This document shows, piece after piece, positions 31,311 through 41,130 of a DNA stretch of 64,000 nucleotides (positions are counted from its first letter, which is position 1; every line of letters begins with the position of its first letter). Below the pieces are notes generated by a model that did not search any database, had not been told where the DNA came from, and saw only the letters and a list, made by a program, of their open reading frames with translations. A program made the position numbers and the translations under genes. Origin of the DNA: an uncultured Alphaproteobacteria bacterium (lineage in GTDB: Bacteria; Pseudomonadota; Alphaproteobacteria; UBA6615); assembly GCA_943787445.1 (NCBI GenBank), contig CALSML010000012.1, positions 24,096-88,095 on the forward strand, written 5' to 3'.

Positions 31311-31784
31311 CTAGCGCAACCTGGCGAAGAATTCCTTTAACAAGGCCGCGCAGGCGGCTTCCTCCATCCCGCCGATAACCTCGGGCGCGTGATAGCAAGT
31401 CGGCTGGCTAAAAATGCGCGGCCCGTGTTCCACACCGCCGCCCTTGGGGTCATAGGCCCCAAAGATCACCCGACGAATGCGTGCAAATGCAATTGCCTGC
31501 GCACACATCGCGCAGGGCTCCAGCGTGACATAGAGATCACACTCGGTCAGACGCGGCGTGCCAAGTTCCCTGGCCGTGGCCCGGAGAGCGAGCAATTCGG
31601 CATGTCCCGTCGGATCGCGGTCCTGCTCCACACGATTGGCCGTCTGCGCCAGCACGCGGCCCGTCGTAGCTTCCACCACAACAGCGCCCACCGGGACCTC
31701 GCCATAGGTCTGTGCCGCGCGGGCTTCCTCAAGCGCGAGGGTCATATAAGTCTTTTCCGCCATGGGGCGACGGTGCCAAGACAT
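31311..31784 (-). CDS. tadA: tRNA adenosine(34) deaminase
   Basis: 157 aa with the CDA zinc motifs HAELLAL and TLEPCAMCA. Confidence 0.88.
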   Translation of the reverse strand: MSWHRRPMAEKTYMTLALEEARAAQTYGEVPVGAVVVEATTGRVLAQTANRVEQDRDPTGHAELLALRATARELGTPRLTECDLYVTLEPCAMCAQAIAFARIRRVIFGAYDPKGGGVEHGPRIFSQPTCYHAPEVIGGMEEAACAALLKEFFARLR

Positions 31785-31828
31785 CGCTGAAATTGCAACG
31801 GCGCAGGCAGGAAGCGTAGATTGCGCTC

Positions 31829-32536
31829 ATGAAACGACCTGTGATTGGCATAACCCTCGATTCCGAAAAGCCCGGCGGCTATTCGAACCTGCCCTGGTAC
31901 GCGTTGCGCGAAAACTACGCCGATGCCGTGACCGCAGCAGGCGGCCTCCCTTTGCCCCTGCCCCATGAACCGGATCAGGCAGAAGACTACCTGAACCTGA
32001 TCGATGGTCTGGTGGTGACTGGTGGCGCTTTCGACGTCGACCCGGCCTTGTTCGGCGCGGGCGAACGGCACCCCACGGTCATCACAAAGGACCGGCGCAC
32101 CGCCTTCGAACTGGCGGTCACACGGAGCGCGATCGAACAGGACCTGCCGGTGCTGGGCATCTGTGGCGGCCAGCAATTGCTGCATGTGGTGCTGGGCGGT
32201 CAGCTGATCCAGCACATCCCCGATGAGGTGCCCGAAGCCCTCGCCCATGAACAACCCAATCCGCGTGACGAACCGGGACACAGCGTCACCATCAAATCGG
32301 GAACATTGCTGCACCGGATCGTCGGTTGCGACCGTCTGGATGTGAACAGTGCCCATCACCAGGCCGCCAAGGGAGAGCCCGAAGGCGCCCGCATCAACGC
32401 CGTAGCTCCCGATGGGGTCATCGAAGGTATCGAGGCCACCGATCGGAAATTCTGCCTCGGAGTGCAGTGGCACCCGGAGTATGGAGTCTCCGCCGGGGAT
32501 GCCGCGATCTTCAAAGCCTTCATCGAAGCCGCCTGA
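31829..32536 (+). CDS. class I glutamine amidotransferase, gamma-glutamyl-GABA hydrolase (peptidase C26) family
   Basis: 235 aa with the nucleophile elbow GICGGQQLL and VNSAHHQA motifs. Confidence 0.8.
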   Translation: MKRPVIGITLDSEKPGGYSNLPWYALRENYADAVTAAGGLPLPLPHEPDQAEDYLNLIDGLVVTGGAFDVDPALFGAGERHPTVITKDRRTAFELAVTRSAIEQDLPVLGICGGQQLLHVVLGGQLIQHIPDEVPEALAHEQPNPRDEPGHSVTIKSGTLLHRIVGCDRLDVNSAHHQAAKGEPEGARINAVAPDGVIEGIEATDRKFCLGVQWHPEYGVSAGDAAIFKAFIEAA

Positions 32537-32546
32537 AAGAGCCCCC

Positions 32547-33278
32547 ATGAGCGAAGAACCCAACAAGGGCGAGCGCATTGCAAAGGTGATCGCGCGTGCG
32601 GGCCTCGCCTCGCGGCGCGAAGCCGAGCGCTGGATCGAAGCCGGTCGCGTGACCCTCGATGGCCAGAAGGTGGAATCCCCCGCCCTGAACGTCTCACCGG
32701 AGGCCGATATCCGGATCGACGGCCAGCCGCTCCCGGCCCGCGAAAAGGTGCGGTTGTGGCGCTATCACAAGCCCCGGGGCCGTCTGACCACCAATCACGA
32801 TCCCGAGGGTCGCCCGACAGTGTTTGCCGACCTGCCCCCGGAGCTGCGCAACGCCAAGGCCGTGGGCCGTCTCGACATGAACTCCGAAGGCCTGTTGCTG
32901 CTCACCAATGACGGCGAACTCGCGCGACGTCTCGAATTGCCATCGACCGGATGGGTACGCCAGTACCGGGTTCGCGTCCACGGACGGATCGATGACAGAA
33001 GCCTCAAACGGCTTGCCGACGGCGTCACCATCGAAGGCATGCATTTCCGCCCTGCCGCCGCTGAACTGGAACGCCAGGTCGGCGCCAATGGCTGGGTCAA
33101 CATCACCCTGCGCGAAGGCAAGAACCGGGAGGTGCGCCGATTGATGGAACATCTCGACTACAAGGTCACCCGCCTGATCCGCACAGCTTATGGTCCTTTC
33201 CAGCTCGGCAAGCTGGTCCGCAGCGAGGTCAGCGAAGTCCCCGAACGGGTGATTCGCGATCAGGTGCCACGCAATTGA
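32547..33278 (+). CDS. RsuA/RluB family pseudouridine synthase
   Basis: S4 domain (RIAKVIARAGLASRREAERWI) and the catalytic motif GRLDMNSEGLLLLTNDG. I take the start at the ATG at 32547. Confidence 0.85.
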   Translation: MSEEPNKGERIAKVIARAGLASRREAERWIEAGRVTLDGQKVESPALNVSPEADIRIDGQPLPAREKVRLWRYHKPRGRLTTNHDPEGRPTVFADLPPELRNAKAVGRLDMNSEGLLLLTNDGELARRLELPSTGWVRQYRVRVHGRIDDRSLKRLADGVTIEGMHFRPAAAELERQVGANGWVNITLREGKNREVRRLMEHLDYKVTRLIRTAYGPFQLGKLVRSEVSEVPERVIRDQVPRN

Positions 33279-33853
33279 GACAGCCGGCCGGACGTATCCG
33301 CATCCATGGCGGGTCCCGCCGGGGCCGCATGATCGAGGTGCCTTCGGGTGACGGGTCACGCCCCACCGGGGCCCGCGTTCGTGAGGCCCTGTTCAACATT
33401 CTGATCCATATGGAACCGGGCATGACCGGCAGCACGGTACTCGACGCCTGCGCCGGGTCGGGCGCACTTGGTATCGAGGCCCTGTCCCGCGGGGCCACCC
33501 ACGCGACGTTTTTCGAGACCGATCGGGATGCACTCGCCACCATCACGGACTCCCTTCGGAACCTGAACCTGGATGACCGCGCCACCGCAAAGCGCGCCGA
33601 TACCTGCAAACCTTCTCCCAACCGGGATGCGCCCTGTGACCTAGTATTTCTCGATCCGCCCTATGCCAGCGACATTGCCGCGATGGCCCCCGGCGCCCTT
33701 GTCGAAGCCGGCTGGATCGGTCCCGAAACCCTGCTGATTGTCGAAACCCGGCGATCAGCCCCGGTCCTGCCCGAGGCCGGGTTCACCGAGGTCGACTGCC
33801 GCGGATACGGAGATACGGCGTTGTATTTCCTGAAAGCGGCAGAACCCGCCTAG
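33275..33853 (+). CDS. rsmD: 16S rRNA (guanine966-N2)-methyltransferase
   Basis: 192 aa with [19 protein letters not shown] and the DPPY motif ([10 protein letters not shown]). It appears to start at a TTG overlapping the upstream stop. Confidence 0.84.
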   Translation: MRQPAGRIRIHGGSRRGRMIEVPSGDGSRPTGARVREALFNILIHMEPGMTGSTVLDACAGSGALGIEALSRGATHATFFETDRDALATITDSLRNLNLDDRATAKRADTCKPSPNRDAPCDLVFLDPPYASDIAAMAPGALVEAGWIGPETLLIVETRRSAPVLPEAGFTEVDCRGYGDTALYFLKAAEPA

Positions 33854-35676
33854 CGACGCCCGAACAGGCGCTCGATATCGCCGATCTTCAGCTCCACATA
33901 GGTCGGACGTCCGTGATTGCACTGGCCGGCATGGGGGGTGACTTCCATTTCCCGCAACAGGGCGTTCATTTCATCCCGGTTCAGACGCCGCCCTGCCCGC
34001 ACACTGCCATGGCACGCCATGGTGCTGCAGACATCATCCAGCTTCTCCTTGAGGGTATGTGCGCCACCCAGTTCGGCAATGTCATCGGCAAGGTCGCGCA
34101 CCAGTCCCGCGATATCCGCCTGACCGAGCAATGCGGGCACTTCGCGAACCACCAGAGCGCCGGTTCCGAATTTTTCCAGCACCAGCCCGAGCTCGCTCAA
34201 CTCGTCGGCCCGGTCTGCAAGCGCATCTGCGGCCGCTGTCTCCAGCTCGATCACCTCGGGCAGAAGCAGGCCCTGACGCTTCACCCCACCTTCGGCGAGG
34301 GCTGACTTCATCCGTTCATAGACCAGACGCTCATGCGCGGCATGCTGGTCCACGATCACCAGTCCATCGCGGGTCTGCGACACGATATAGGTCTCGTGCA
34401 TCTGTGCCTGGGCCGCCCCCAGCGGATAGTCGGCGACCGCATCCGTATCCGCCCCTGCAGGTGCTGCCATCGGCGCCGATGGCGCGGCATCCAGTCCGGG
34501 CAAACCCGACATGTCCTCGTCATGGGGCGCGTAATACTGGGCTGCCATCTCCGCCAGACCTTGCGGCACCGGCCCGCGGCCATATCCGGAATTCGGCATT
34601 GGGGGCAATCGCATGCCGGTCCCCGGACGAAAGGCCCCCAGTGCGGAATCAGCAACACTTGTGGAGGCACGATGCCCGGCCTCGGCCAGCGCGTGTCGCA
34701 GCCCGCCGACAATCAGCCCGCGCACAACGCCCGGGTCACGGAACCGCACTTCGGCCTTGGCCGGATGCACATTCACGTCGACCAGCTGCGGATCGATATC
34801 CACGAACAACGCAACCAGCGGGTGACGTCCGCGTGCCAGAAAATCCTGATAGGCCCCGCGCACAGCCCCGGTCAGCAGACGGTCGGTCACCGGGCGGCCA
34901 TTCACGAACAGATACTGGTGCTTGGTGGTGTTCCGGTTGAGAGTTGGCAGGCCTGCATGGCCGGTCAATCGCACCCCTTCCCGCTCGGCATTGATCGCCA
35001 GAGCGTTGTCGGCAAACTCGCGCCCCATCACGGCGGCAAGGCGGCGCAGGCGCACATCCTCGGGTCCGGCCAGCTCGCCACCAACCGTACATTCGAACCG
35101 CGTCCGTTCGCCGTCGCCAATGGAAAACGCGACTTCAGGATGGGCCATGGCGAGCCGTTGCACCACGTTGACGCCATGGTCCATCTCGGTGCGCTCGGCT
35201 TTGAGAAATTTCAGGCGTGCCGGCGTGGCAAAGAACAGATCGCGCACTTCCACACGTGTCCCACCGGTCAGTCCGGCCGGCTGGGGTGGTGTGACCTTCC
35301 CGCCTTCAATGCGGATTTCCCATCCATCCGCACCCGGTGGTCGCGAGGCAATGGACAACCGGCTGACCGAACCGATCGATGGCAGGGCTTCGCCTCGAAA
35401 ACCCAGAGTAGTGATATGGGTCAGATCATCATCGGGAAGCTTGGAGGTCGCATGGCGTTCAACAGCCAGCGACAGTTCTTCGGCGCTCATGCCACAACCA
35501 TCATCAGTCACGGCAATCAATGTGCGGCCACCCTCGCGCAAGACGATATCGATCTGCCGGGCACCGGCATCCACCGCATTCTCGACCAGTTCCTTGACCG
35601 CCGATGCCGGGCGTTCGATGACCTCTCCCGCCGCGATCCGGTTGACGATCGTTTCGGGGAGCCTGCGGATGGTCAC
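33850..35676 (-). CDS. mutL: DNA mismatch repair endonuclease MutL
   Basis: Intact 608 aa with a GHKL ATPase N-terminus ([25 protein letters not shown]) and C-terminal endonuclease motifs [21 protein letters not shown] and CNHGRPT. Its GTG start overlaps the pgi stop (GTGA). Confidence 0.93.
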   Translation of the reverse strand: MTIRRLPETIVNRIAAGEVIERPASAVKELVENAVDAGARQIDIVLREGGRTLIAVTDDGCGMSAEELSLAVERHATSKLPDDDLTHITTLGFRGEALPSIGSVSRLSIASRPPGADGWEIRIEGGKVTPPQPAGLTGGTRVEVRDLFFATPARLKFLKAERTEMDHGVNVVQRLAMAHPEVAFSIGDGERTRFECTVGGELAGPEDVRLRRLAAVMGREFADNALAINAEREGVRLTGHAGLPTLNRNTTKHQYLFVNGRPVTDRLLTGAVRGAYQDFLARGRHPLVALFVDIDPQLVDVNVHPAKAEVRFRDPGVVRGLIVGGLRHALAEAGHRASTSVADSALGAFRPGTGMRLPPMPNSGYGRGPVPQGLAEMAAQYYAPHDEDMSGLPGLDAAPSAPMAAPAGADTDAVADYPLGAAQAQMHETYIVSQTRDGLVIVDQHAAHERLVYERMKSALAEGGVKRQGLLLPEVIELETAAADALADRADELSELGLVLEKFGTGALVVREVPALLGQADIAGLVRDLADDIAELGGAHTLKEKLDDVCSTMACHGSVRAGRRLNRDEMNALLREMEVTPHAGQCNHGRPTYVELKIGDIERLFGRR

Positions 35677-36942
35677 GACGAGATTCCCGTTCGACCCGTC
35701 AGAAGACGGCGGCGGGCATTCTCCTTGCCATCCTCGACGGCGGGCTGATCAAAGGCATCCACCCCCAGCAGGAAGGCTGCCATCACGGTTTCCAGCATGA
35801 AATGCACCATCAGGGCCCCGATCGCGGTCTCATCCACCCGGGTGATACCCATCCGGCGTACCGGGCGGTTGTGCCCGAGCAAACTCTCGATCGTGGCCGC
35901 CTGTTCGACCGACATCAGGTCACCTGTTGTGTATCCCGCCAGATACGGGACCCCGGCAATTTCGGCCAGAGCTGGCGCGACACGCTCACCGCGCCCCCGC
36001 GAGTTCCTGAGTAATCACCGTGAACATCTTGTCATCAGGACCATCCAGATACAGCTGAAGCTGGCTGTGCTGATCCACCGCACCCAGCGCATCAATTGGC
36101 GTGGTTCCCCGACCATTCTTGCCCAGGCTTTCAGCCCACAACTGACGGTACCAGCGTGCCAGAGGCGCCATGGTATCCGCGTAAGGCATCAACACGGTCG
36201 TCCGGGCCCCCTGGGCCCGCAGCAACTCGATGGAAACCGCCGCACCTGTCACAGCCGGCGCATCACGGCCATCTTCAGAACGCAAATTGATTTCGAGGGC
36301 TTCCGCACCACCTGCGCGGATCGCCTCAATATCGAGCCCGACCAAAGCCGCCGGCAGCAAACCAACAGCGCTGAACACCGCATATCGGCCGCCGATCTCC
36401 GGATCATGGTCAATCACGGTGATGTCCCAATGGGCCACCAGTCGACGCAATGGATTGTCACCGGGTTCCGCTATGGCCACCACAAAATCAGCCTTCGCAT
36501 CGGATTCGCGCGCTGCAGCGAGCAACGGGACAATCGTCATGGCCATGGCGAGTGTTTCGGCCGTGCCGCCAGACTTGGAAACGACGACAGCGCCCGTGCG
36601 GGCCAGATCGACCGAGGCGACGAACCGGGCAAGGGAATCCGGATCGGGATTGTCGAGAAACCGCAATTCAACCGGCGGACGTGCGGCCAGCGCGGCCAGG
36701 GCTTCGCCCCCCAGGGTGGAGCCGCCCACACCGATGATGGCCACCACATCGCAATGCTCGGACAGACACTTCGCGGCCGACCTGATCTCGTCAAGATCAT
36801 CGGTTTGCTGCACCAGCGTGAGCGGTGGAAAATCATCTTCGGCAAGCGCGCCCCGCAACAATGTCCAGGGCCCTTCCGCCGCATCGAGCACCATCGCCAT
36901 GGATTCAGCGGACGCACCCCGGTCGCCAATTGACCGCGGCAA
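35673..36942 (-). pseudogene. pgi: glucose-6-phosphate isomerase, interrupted by one frameshift
   Basis: The N-terminal 318 aa (ORF 35986..36942: VVAIIGVGGSTLGGEA...VVSKSGGTAET...GGRYAVFSAVGLLP) and the C-terminal part (frame of ORF 35673..35915, open back to about 36018) are in different frames. The switch must lie in 35989-36018, which contains a C5/G5 run at 35994-35998. Confidence 0.8.
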
Positions 36943-37095
36943 AGCAGCCGCTTATATCGTGGGTATAGATGTCAGGCATGGTTGCAGCATGTCCAATGGA
37001 AGGACGGTCAGTTTGCGTTGCCAGGCACATGCGCGGCAACGCCGAACATTGTGGACAATCCGGGTGATTCGCGGAAACCCGGAGGCGGCGCGCAG

Positions 37096-38448
37096 CTAGC
37101 CGTCTTCGCGGATCGTATGGGTGGCGTCGATATTTTCTGGGTCACCGACAACCACAACCGTCAGGGCTGCCGGATCGAGAACACGCTTGGCCACAAGATT
37201 CACGTCCTCAAGCGTGACCTGCGCGATCAGGTCATTACGTTCGTTGAGGAACTCGATCCCCAAATCGCGGCGCTGGACCGCAACGAGCATCCCGGAAATG
37301 GCCGCGCTGTTCTCGAAACGCAGTCCGAACGAACCGATCAGATTGGCTTTGGCCTTGTCGAGCTCATCCTGGGTCACACCAAAGGCGCGAATACTCGCCC
37401 ATTGGTTTCGCACCAGCTCCACGGATACGGACACGGCCGCATTTTCGGTCCCGGCGCCGCCCAGCCACAATGCCGCGCTGTCCATGGGCAGCAGATAGCT
37501 GAACACCGAATAAGCCAGCCCGCGCTTTTCGCGAATTTCGTCATAGAGTCGGGATGTGAAGCTGCCACCACCCAGAATATGATTGAGCACAAGTGCGGAA
37601 TAATAATCCGGGTCATCACGATAGAGACCCTTTTGCCCGAACACCACACGGCTTTGCGGGTTCTTCTTCTGAACCACGATCACGTCCCCGGCCGCCGCAG
37701 GTTCCATCTTCGGAATGGTGTAAGCCTCTGCGCGTTCGGGAAGGTCTCCGAATGTCTGATCAAGCAAAACCCTGAGATCATCGGGCGTGATGTCGCCGAC
37801 GACACCCACGATCAGTTCGCTGCGTGCCAGGCGTCGGGTCACAAATGTCCGCAAATCAACATCCGTGATCGCTGCCACGCTTTCGCCTGTTCCTTCACGC
37901 GGACGGGAATAGGGATGATCCGGGAAGGTTGCGGACCAGAAGGTCCGTTGCGCTATCTGATTGGGGTCGTTCTTGCGGGCTGCTATCCCCGCCAGGATTT
38001 GCGCACGAATGCGTTCCACGGCGTCCGGATCAAAGCGCGGCTGGGTCAGCGCCAGACGCAGCAGATCAAAGGCTTTATCCCGGTTTCGGGTCAGCGCCCG
38101 CAGATTACCACCGAAATTGTCCCGGGATGCATTGAAGGAAAGCGAAATGGATTCATCCGCCAGACGGCTCTGAAAGGCTTGAGAATCGAGATCTCCGGCA
38201 CCCTCATCGAGCAGTCCTGACACCATATTGGCGGTGCCCTGACGACCAATCGGATCCGTGGCCGCACCGCCGGGAAACAGAAAGCGCATGGATATGATCG
38301 GCAAGCTATGGTCCTCGACCAGCCAGGCCTCGATACCCCCCTTGCTGATCACCCGCTGGATTTCGATCGCCTGTGCAGAAACAGGCACCAGAAGAATGGC
38401 CAGTGCAAAAACCGGTGCGCGCAGACCACGCATCAAGGACAGGCTCAT
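37096..38448 (-). CDS. M16 family peptidase, non-catalytic-type subunit
   Basis: 450 aa with a signal peptide. It has the insulinase fold, but the HxxEH position reads NMVSGLLDEG. It is coupled to the upstream M16 gene by ATGA. Confidence 0.82.
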   Translation of the reverse strand: MSLSLMRGLRAPVFALAILLVPVSAQAIEIQRVISKGGIEAWLVEDHSLPIISMRFLFPGGAATDPIGRQGTANMVSGLLDEGAGDLDSQAFQSRLADESISLSFNASRDNFGGNLRALTRNRDKAFDLLRLALTQPRFDPDAVERIRAQILAGIAARKNDPNQIAQRTFWSATFPDHPYSRPREGTGESVAAITDVDLRTFVTRRLARSELIVGVVGDITPDDLRVLLDQTFGDLPERAEAYTIPKMEPAAAGDVIVVQKKNPQSRVVFGQKGLYRDDPDYYSALVLNHILGGGSFTSRLYDEIREKRGLAYSVFSYLLPMDSAALWLGGAGTENAAVSVSVELVRNQWASIRAFGVTQDELDKAKANLIGSFGLRFENSAAISGMLVAVQRRDLGIEFLNERNDLIAQVTLEDVNLVAKRVLDPAALTVVVVGDPENIDATHTIREDG

Positions 38449-39812
38449 GACTTGTTCCCCGGTTCCGCGGGCAGCAATATCCCGGTGGTTGAAGCAGTCG
38501 GATTGAAGACTGCACGGGCCGCTGCATTGATCTCTTCCACCGTCACCGCCTGAATGCGTTTCGGCCAGGCCTCCACATCGTCAACCGTTTGACCACTCGC
38601 CAGCGCCGCCCCGAATATTCTGGCCGGGCCGGAAACACTGTCCCTGGCAAAAATCGCGCTGTCGATCAGTCGCCGTTTCGCGCGATCGAGTTCGTCCTCC
38701 GTCACGCCGTCTGCGAGCAGTTTGGAAATTTGCTCGTCAATCGCGGCCTCCACATCGGATATCTTCACCCCGGGGCGCGGCGAGAACCAGAAGCCGAATG
38801 TGGTGAGATCAAGCGATCCCGGTGAATACCAGGCTCCCGCAGATGCCGCGAGAGCGGATTCTACCACGATGGAACGATAGATGCGTGCCGTGGTTCCGCC
38901 GCCGATTATCTCTGACAACACCTCCAGCGCGTAGGCGTGTTCGCTCGCCCCCGAGGTGTAGCTCGGCGCCAGATAGCGACGTGACCAGCTGGGTTGTTCG
39001 ACCCGGGCATCCCGCATCACGACTTCCCGCGGCGCGCGCTGCGGGGGTTCGGAGGGACGAATGCGCGGGGGTAGATCACGCGCGGCAATCGGTCCGTAAT
39101 ACTTCCGGGCCAGTTGAAACACCTCATCGGGGTCAACATCGCCCGAAACAACCAGAACCGCGTTGTTGGGCGCGTACCAGGTTTTGTAAAAAGCTTCGAG
39201 ATCGGCAAGGCTAAGATTCTCGATCTCATGCGCCCAGCCGATGATGGGCAGGCGATAGGGATGATTGAGGTAGGTCGCCGCTGCAACCTGCTCGGACAGC
39301 AATGCGCTCGGATTGTTATCGGTGCGCGAACCTCGTTCTTCCAGAATGACCTTGCGCTCAGGCTCGATGATCTCGCTGGTCAGAACCAGACCGGTCATCC
39401 GGTCTGCCTCCAGCTCCATCATGGTTGCCAGATGCTGGGGTACCACGGTCTGGAAATAGCCGGTGTAGTCCTGCGAGGTAAACGCGTTCTCGCGGCCGCC
39501 GACACTCGCCACGATTTCCGAAAACTCCCCGGGCGCCCGGGTCTTCGTTCCCTTGAACATCAAGTGTTCAAAATAATGCGCGATACCCGATTTTCCGGCG
39601 GGCTCGTCAGCCGCACCGGCACGATACCAGATCATGTGCGTGACAACCGGGGCCCGATGATTTTCGATCACCACAATCTGCAGGCCGTTGTCGAGTTCGA
39701 AGGTTCTGGGATTGAACACCTGCGCGAAGGACGGGACGACCAGAAGTGGAATCAAAGCCAGTGAAAGCACCCAGGCAGGCCATCCGGGCACCATCGTGAA
39801 TCCGTCCTTCAT
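38445..39812 (-). CDS. M16 family zinc metallopeptidase, catalytic-type subunit
   Basis: It has the inverted zinc motif HYFEHLMFKGT (HxxEH) and a signal/TM at the N-terminus. I take the start at the ATG at 39812. Confidence 0.85.
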   Translation of the reverse strand: MKDGFTMVPGWPAWVLSLALIPLLVVPSFAQVFNPRTFELDNGLQIVVIENHRAPVVTHMIWYRAGAADEPAGKSGIAHYFEHLMFKGTKTRAPGEFSEIVASVGGRENAFTSQDYTGYFQTVVPQHLATMMELEADRMTGLVLTSEIIEPERKVILEERGSRTDNNPSALLSEQVAAATYLNHPYRLPIIGWAHEIENLSLADLEAFYKTWYAPNNAVLVVSGDVDPDEVFQLARKYYGPIAARDLPPRIRPSEPPQRAPREVVMRDARVEQPSWSRRYLAPSYTSGASEHAYALEVLSEIIGGGTTARIYRSIVVESALAASAGAWYSPGSLDLTTFGFWFSPRPGVKISDVEAAIDEQISKLLADGVTEDELDRAKRRLIDSAIFARDSVSGPARIFGAALASGQTVDDVEAWPKRIQAVTVEEINAAARAVFNPTASTTGILLPAEPGNKS

Positions 39813-39943
39813 CGCAAATTTCCTTCCAGAACCTTCAACGTCGCCAGCAGATATGGCGCGCAGGCCTGCACGTGCAATGGCTATGTGCAAACAGATGCTC
39901 ACTTTCGCGCGATTTTGTGGAAACAATACGGCGGATCAGATGA

Positions 39944-40576
39944 TCAGAATATCTTGAGCAGACTGTTGCTCTTCCGCTCAATCGTCGGCGTCTTGGCCCC
40001 TTCGGATGGCGGCACACCCAGCGCCTGTGCTTCACGCAGACGACGCGCTTCAGCTGGCGCATCGACAACGGCGGCCGGTGAGTCCTGTTTGAGACCCAGC
40101 AGGCCGCGTACGAAATTTTCGTTTTCCTCAACCAGAACATCGCTTTCACGATCGATCTGGGAACGGATCAGCGGATCGGTTTCCAGCGCACCGGCACGGG
40201 ACAGGAATGCTGATTCTCCCGTTGTGGCGCGTGTGACGCCTTCACGCGGCGCTGCCTGCGTGTTCGGCCCCTGATTGCCACGGAGAGCGTTGACCCCCGG
40301 ATTCTTGTCAGCATCATCTCCGCGGAAAACCGCCTGACGGGCCTGTTCACGTGTTGAAAGAGTGGTCAGGTCTTCGGCACCCGGACGCGGCGGACGCAGA
40401 TTGAAATCCGGCGGCTGGGATAACGGCGCACGCGGCACCACAGAGAATTCATCCGGAGAGGTGCGCGACAAACCCAGAGCACGCTTGGTTGAATCACCGC
40501 ATGCCGAGAGGGTCAATGCGGCGAGCGTCAGCAGAACCAAGGTCACGCGTGGTGACCGGGACATCAAATCGTTCAT
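39944..40576 (-). CDS. DUF3035 domain-containing lipoprotein
   Basis: Lipobox LTLSAC follows a signal peptide, then SPDEFSVVPRAPLSQPPDF, typical of DUF3035. I take the start at the ATG at 40576. Confidence 0.75.
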   Translation of the reverse strand: MNDLMSRSPRVTLVLLTLAALTLSACGDSTKRALGLSRTSPDEFSVVPRAPLSQPPDFNLRPPRPGAEDLTTLSTREQARQAVFRGDDADKNPGVNALRGNQGPNTQAAPREGVTRATTGESAFLSRAGALETDPLIRSQIDRESDVLVEENENFVRGLLGLKQDSPAAVVDAPAEARRLREAQALGVPPSEGAKTPTIERKSNSLLKIF

Positions 40577-40647
40577 GGATGGTTCGCTTCGCTTCAACAT
40601 ATCTGTCTTCAATATAGAGGGTTTTCAGACGGATTCGAGAGGGGTCG

Positions 40648-41115
40648 CTAGTTTATCGCACGCGGAGAACCGAACAAGCTATCATAGAGCAGCATCGCTG
40701 TACCCAGCACGATGGTCGAATCCGCCACATTGAAGGCTGGCCAGTGGAAACCGAAGGCATGGATATCGACAAAATCGATCACCGCACCATAGACGACACG
40801 GTCCACGACATTGCTCAACGCTCCGCCCACCACAAGGGTCAAGGCAAACACCACCATGCCGTTGCCGGCCCGCACAAGCCAAATCAGAAGCACGACCACG
40901 ATGGCCAGAGCCAGACCGACGAGGATCCAACGAGACGTATCCGAATCTCCGAACAGCCCGAAGCTCACGCCGGAATTCCAGACGGGCACGAGATTGAAGA
41001 ACCCGGTCACCTCGACGATGCGCGGCGGATCAAAAACCATCGAGAGCATCAGCTGTTTGACCGCCTGGTCCACAACGATCAGTACACCGATAAAAATGAT
41101 GGCCCAGCGTGGCAT
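40648..41115 (-). CDS. lspA: lipoprotein signal peptidase (signal peptidase II)
   Basis: 155 aa with four TM helices and the motifs NSGVSFG and FNVADS. It lies downstream of ileS, as in the classical operon. Confidence 0.9.
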   Translation of the reverse strand: MPRWAIIFIGVLIVVDQAVKQLMLSMVFDPPRIVEVTGFFNLVPVWNSGVSFGLFGDSDTSRWILVGLALAIVVVLLIWLVRAGNGMVVFALTLVVGGALSNVVDRVVYGAVIDFVDIHAFGFHWPAFNVADSTIVLGTAMLLYDSLFGSPRAIN

Positions 41116-41130
41116 CAGAAGACGGCCGCC

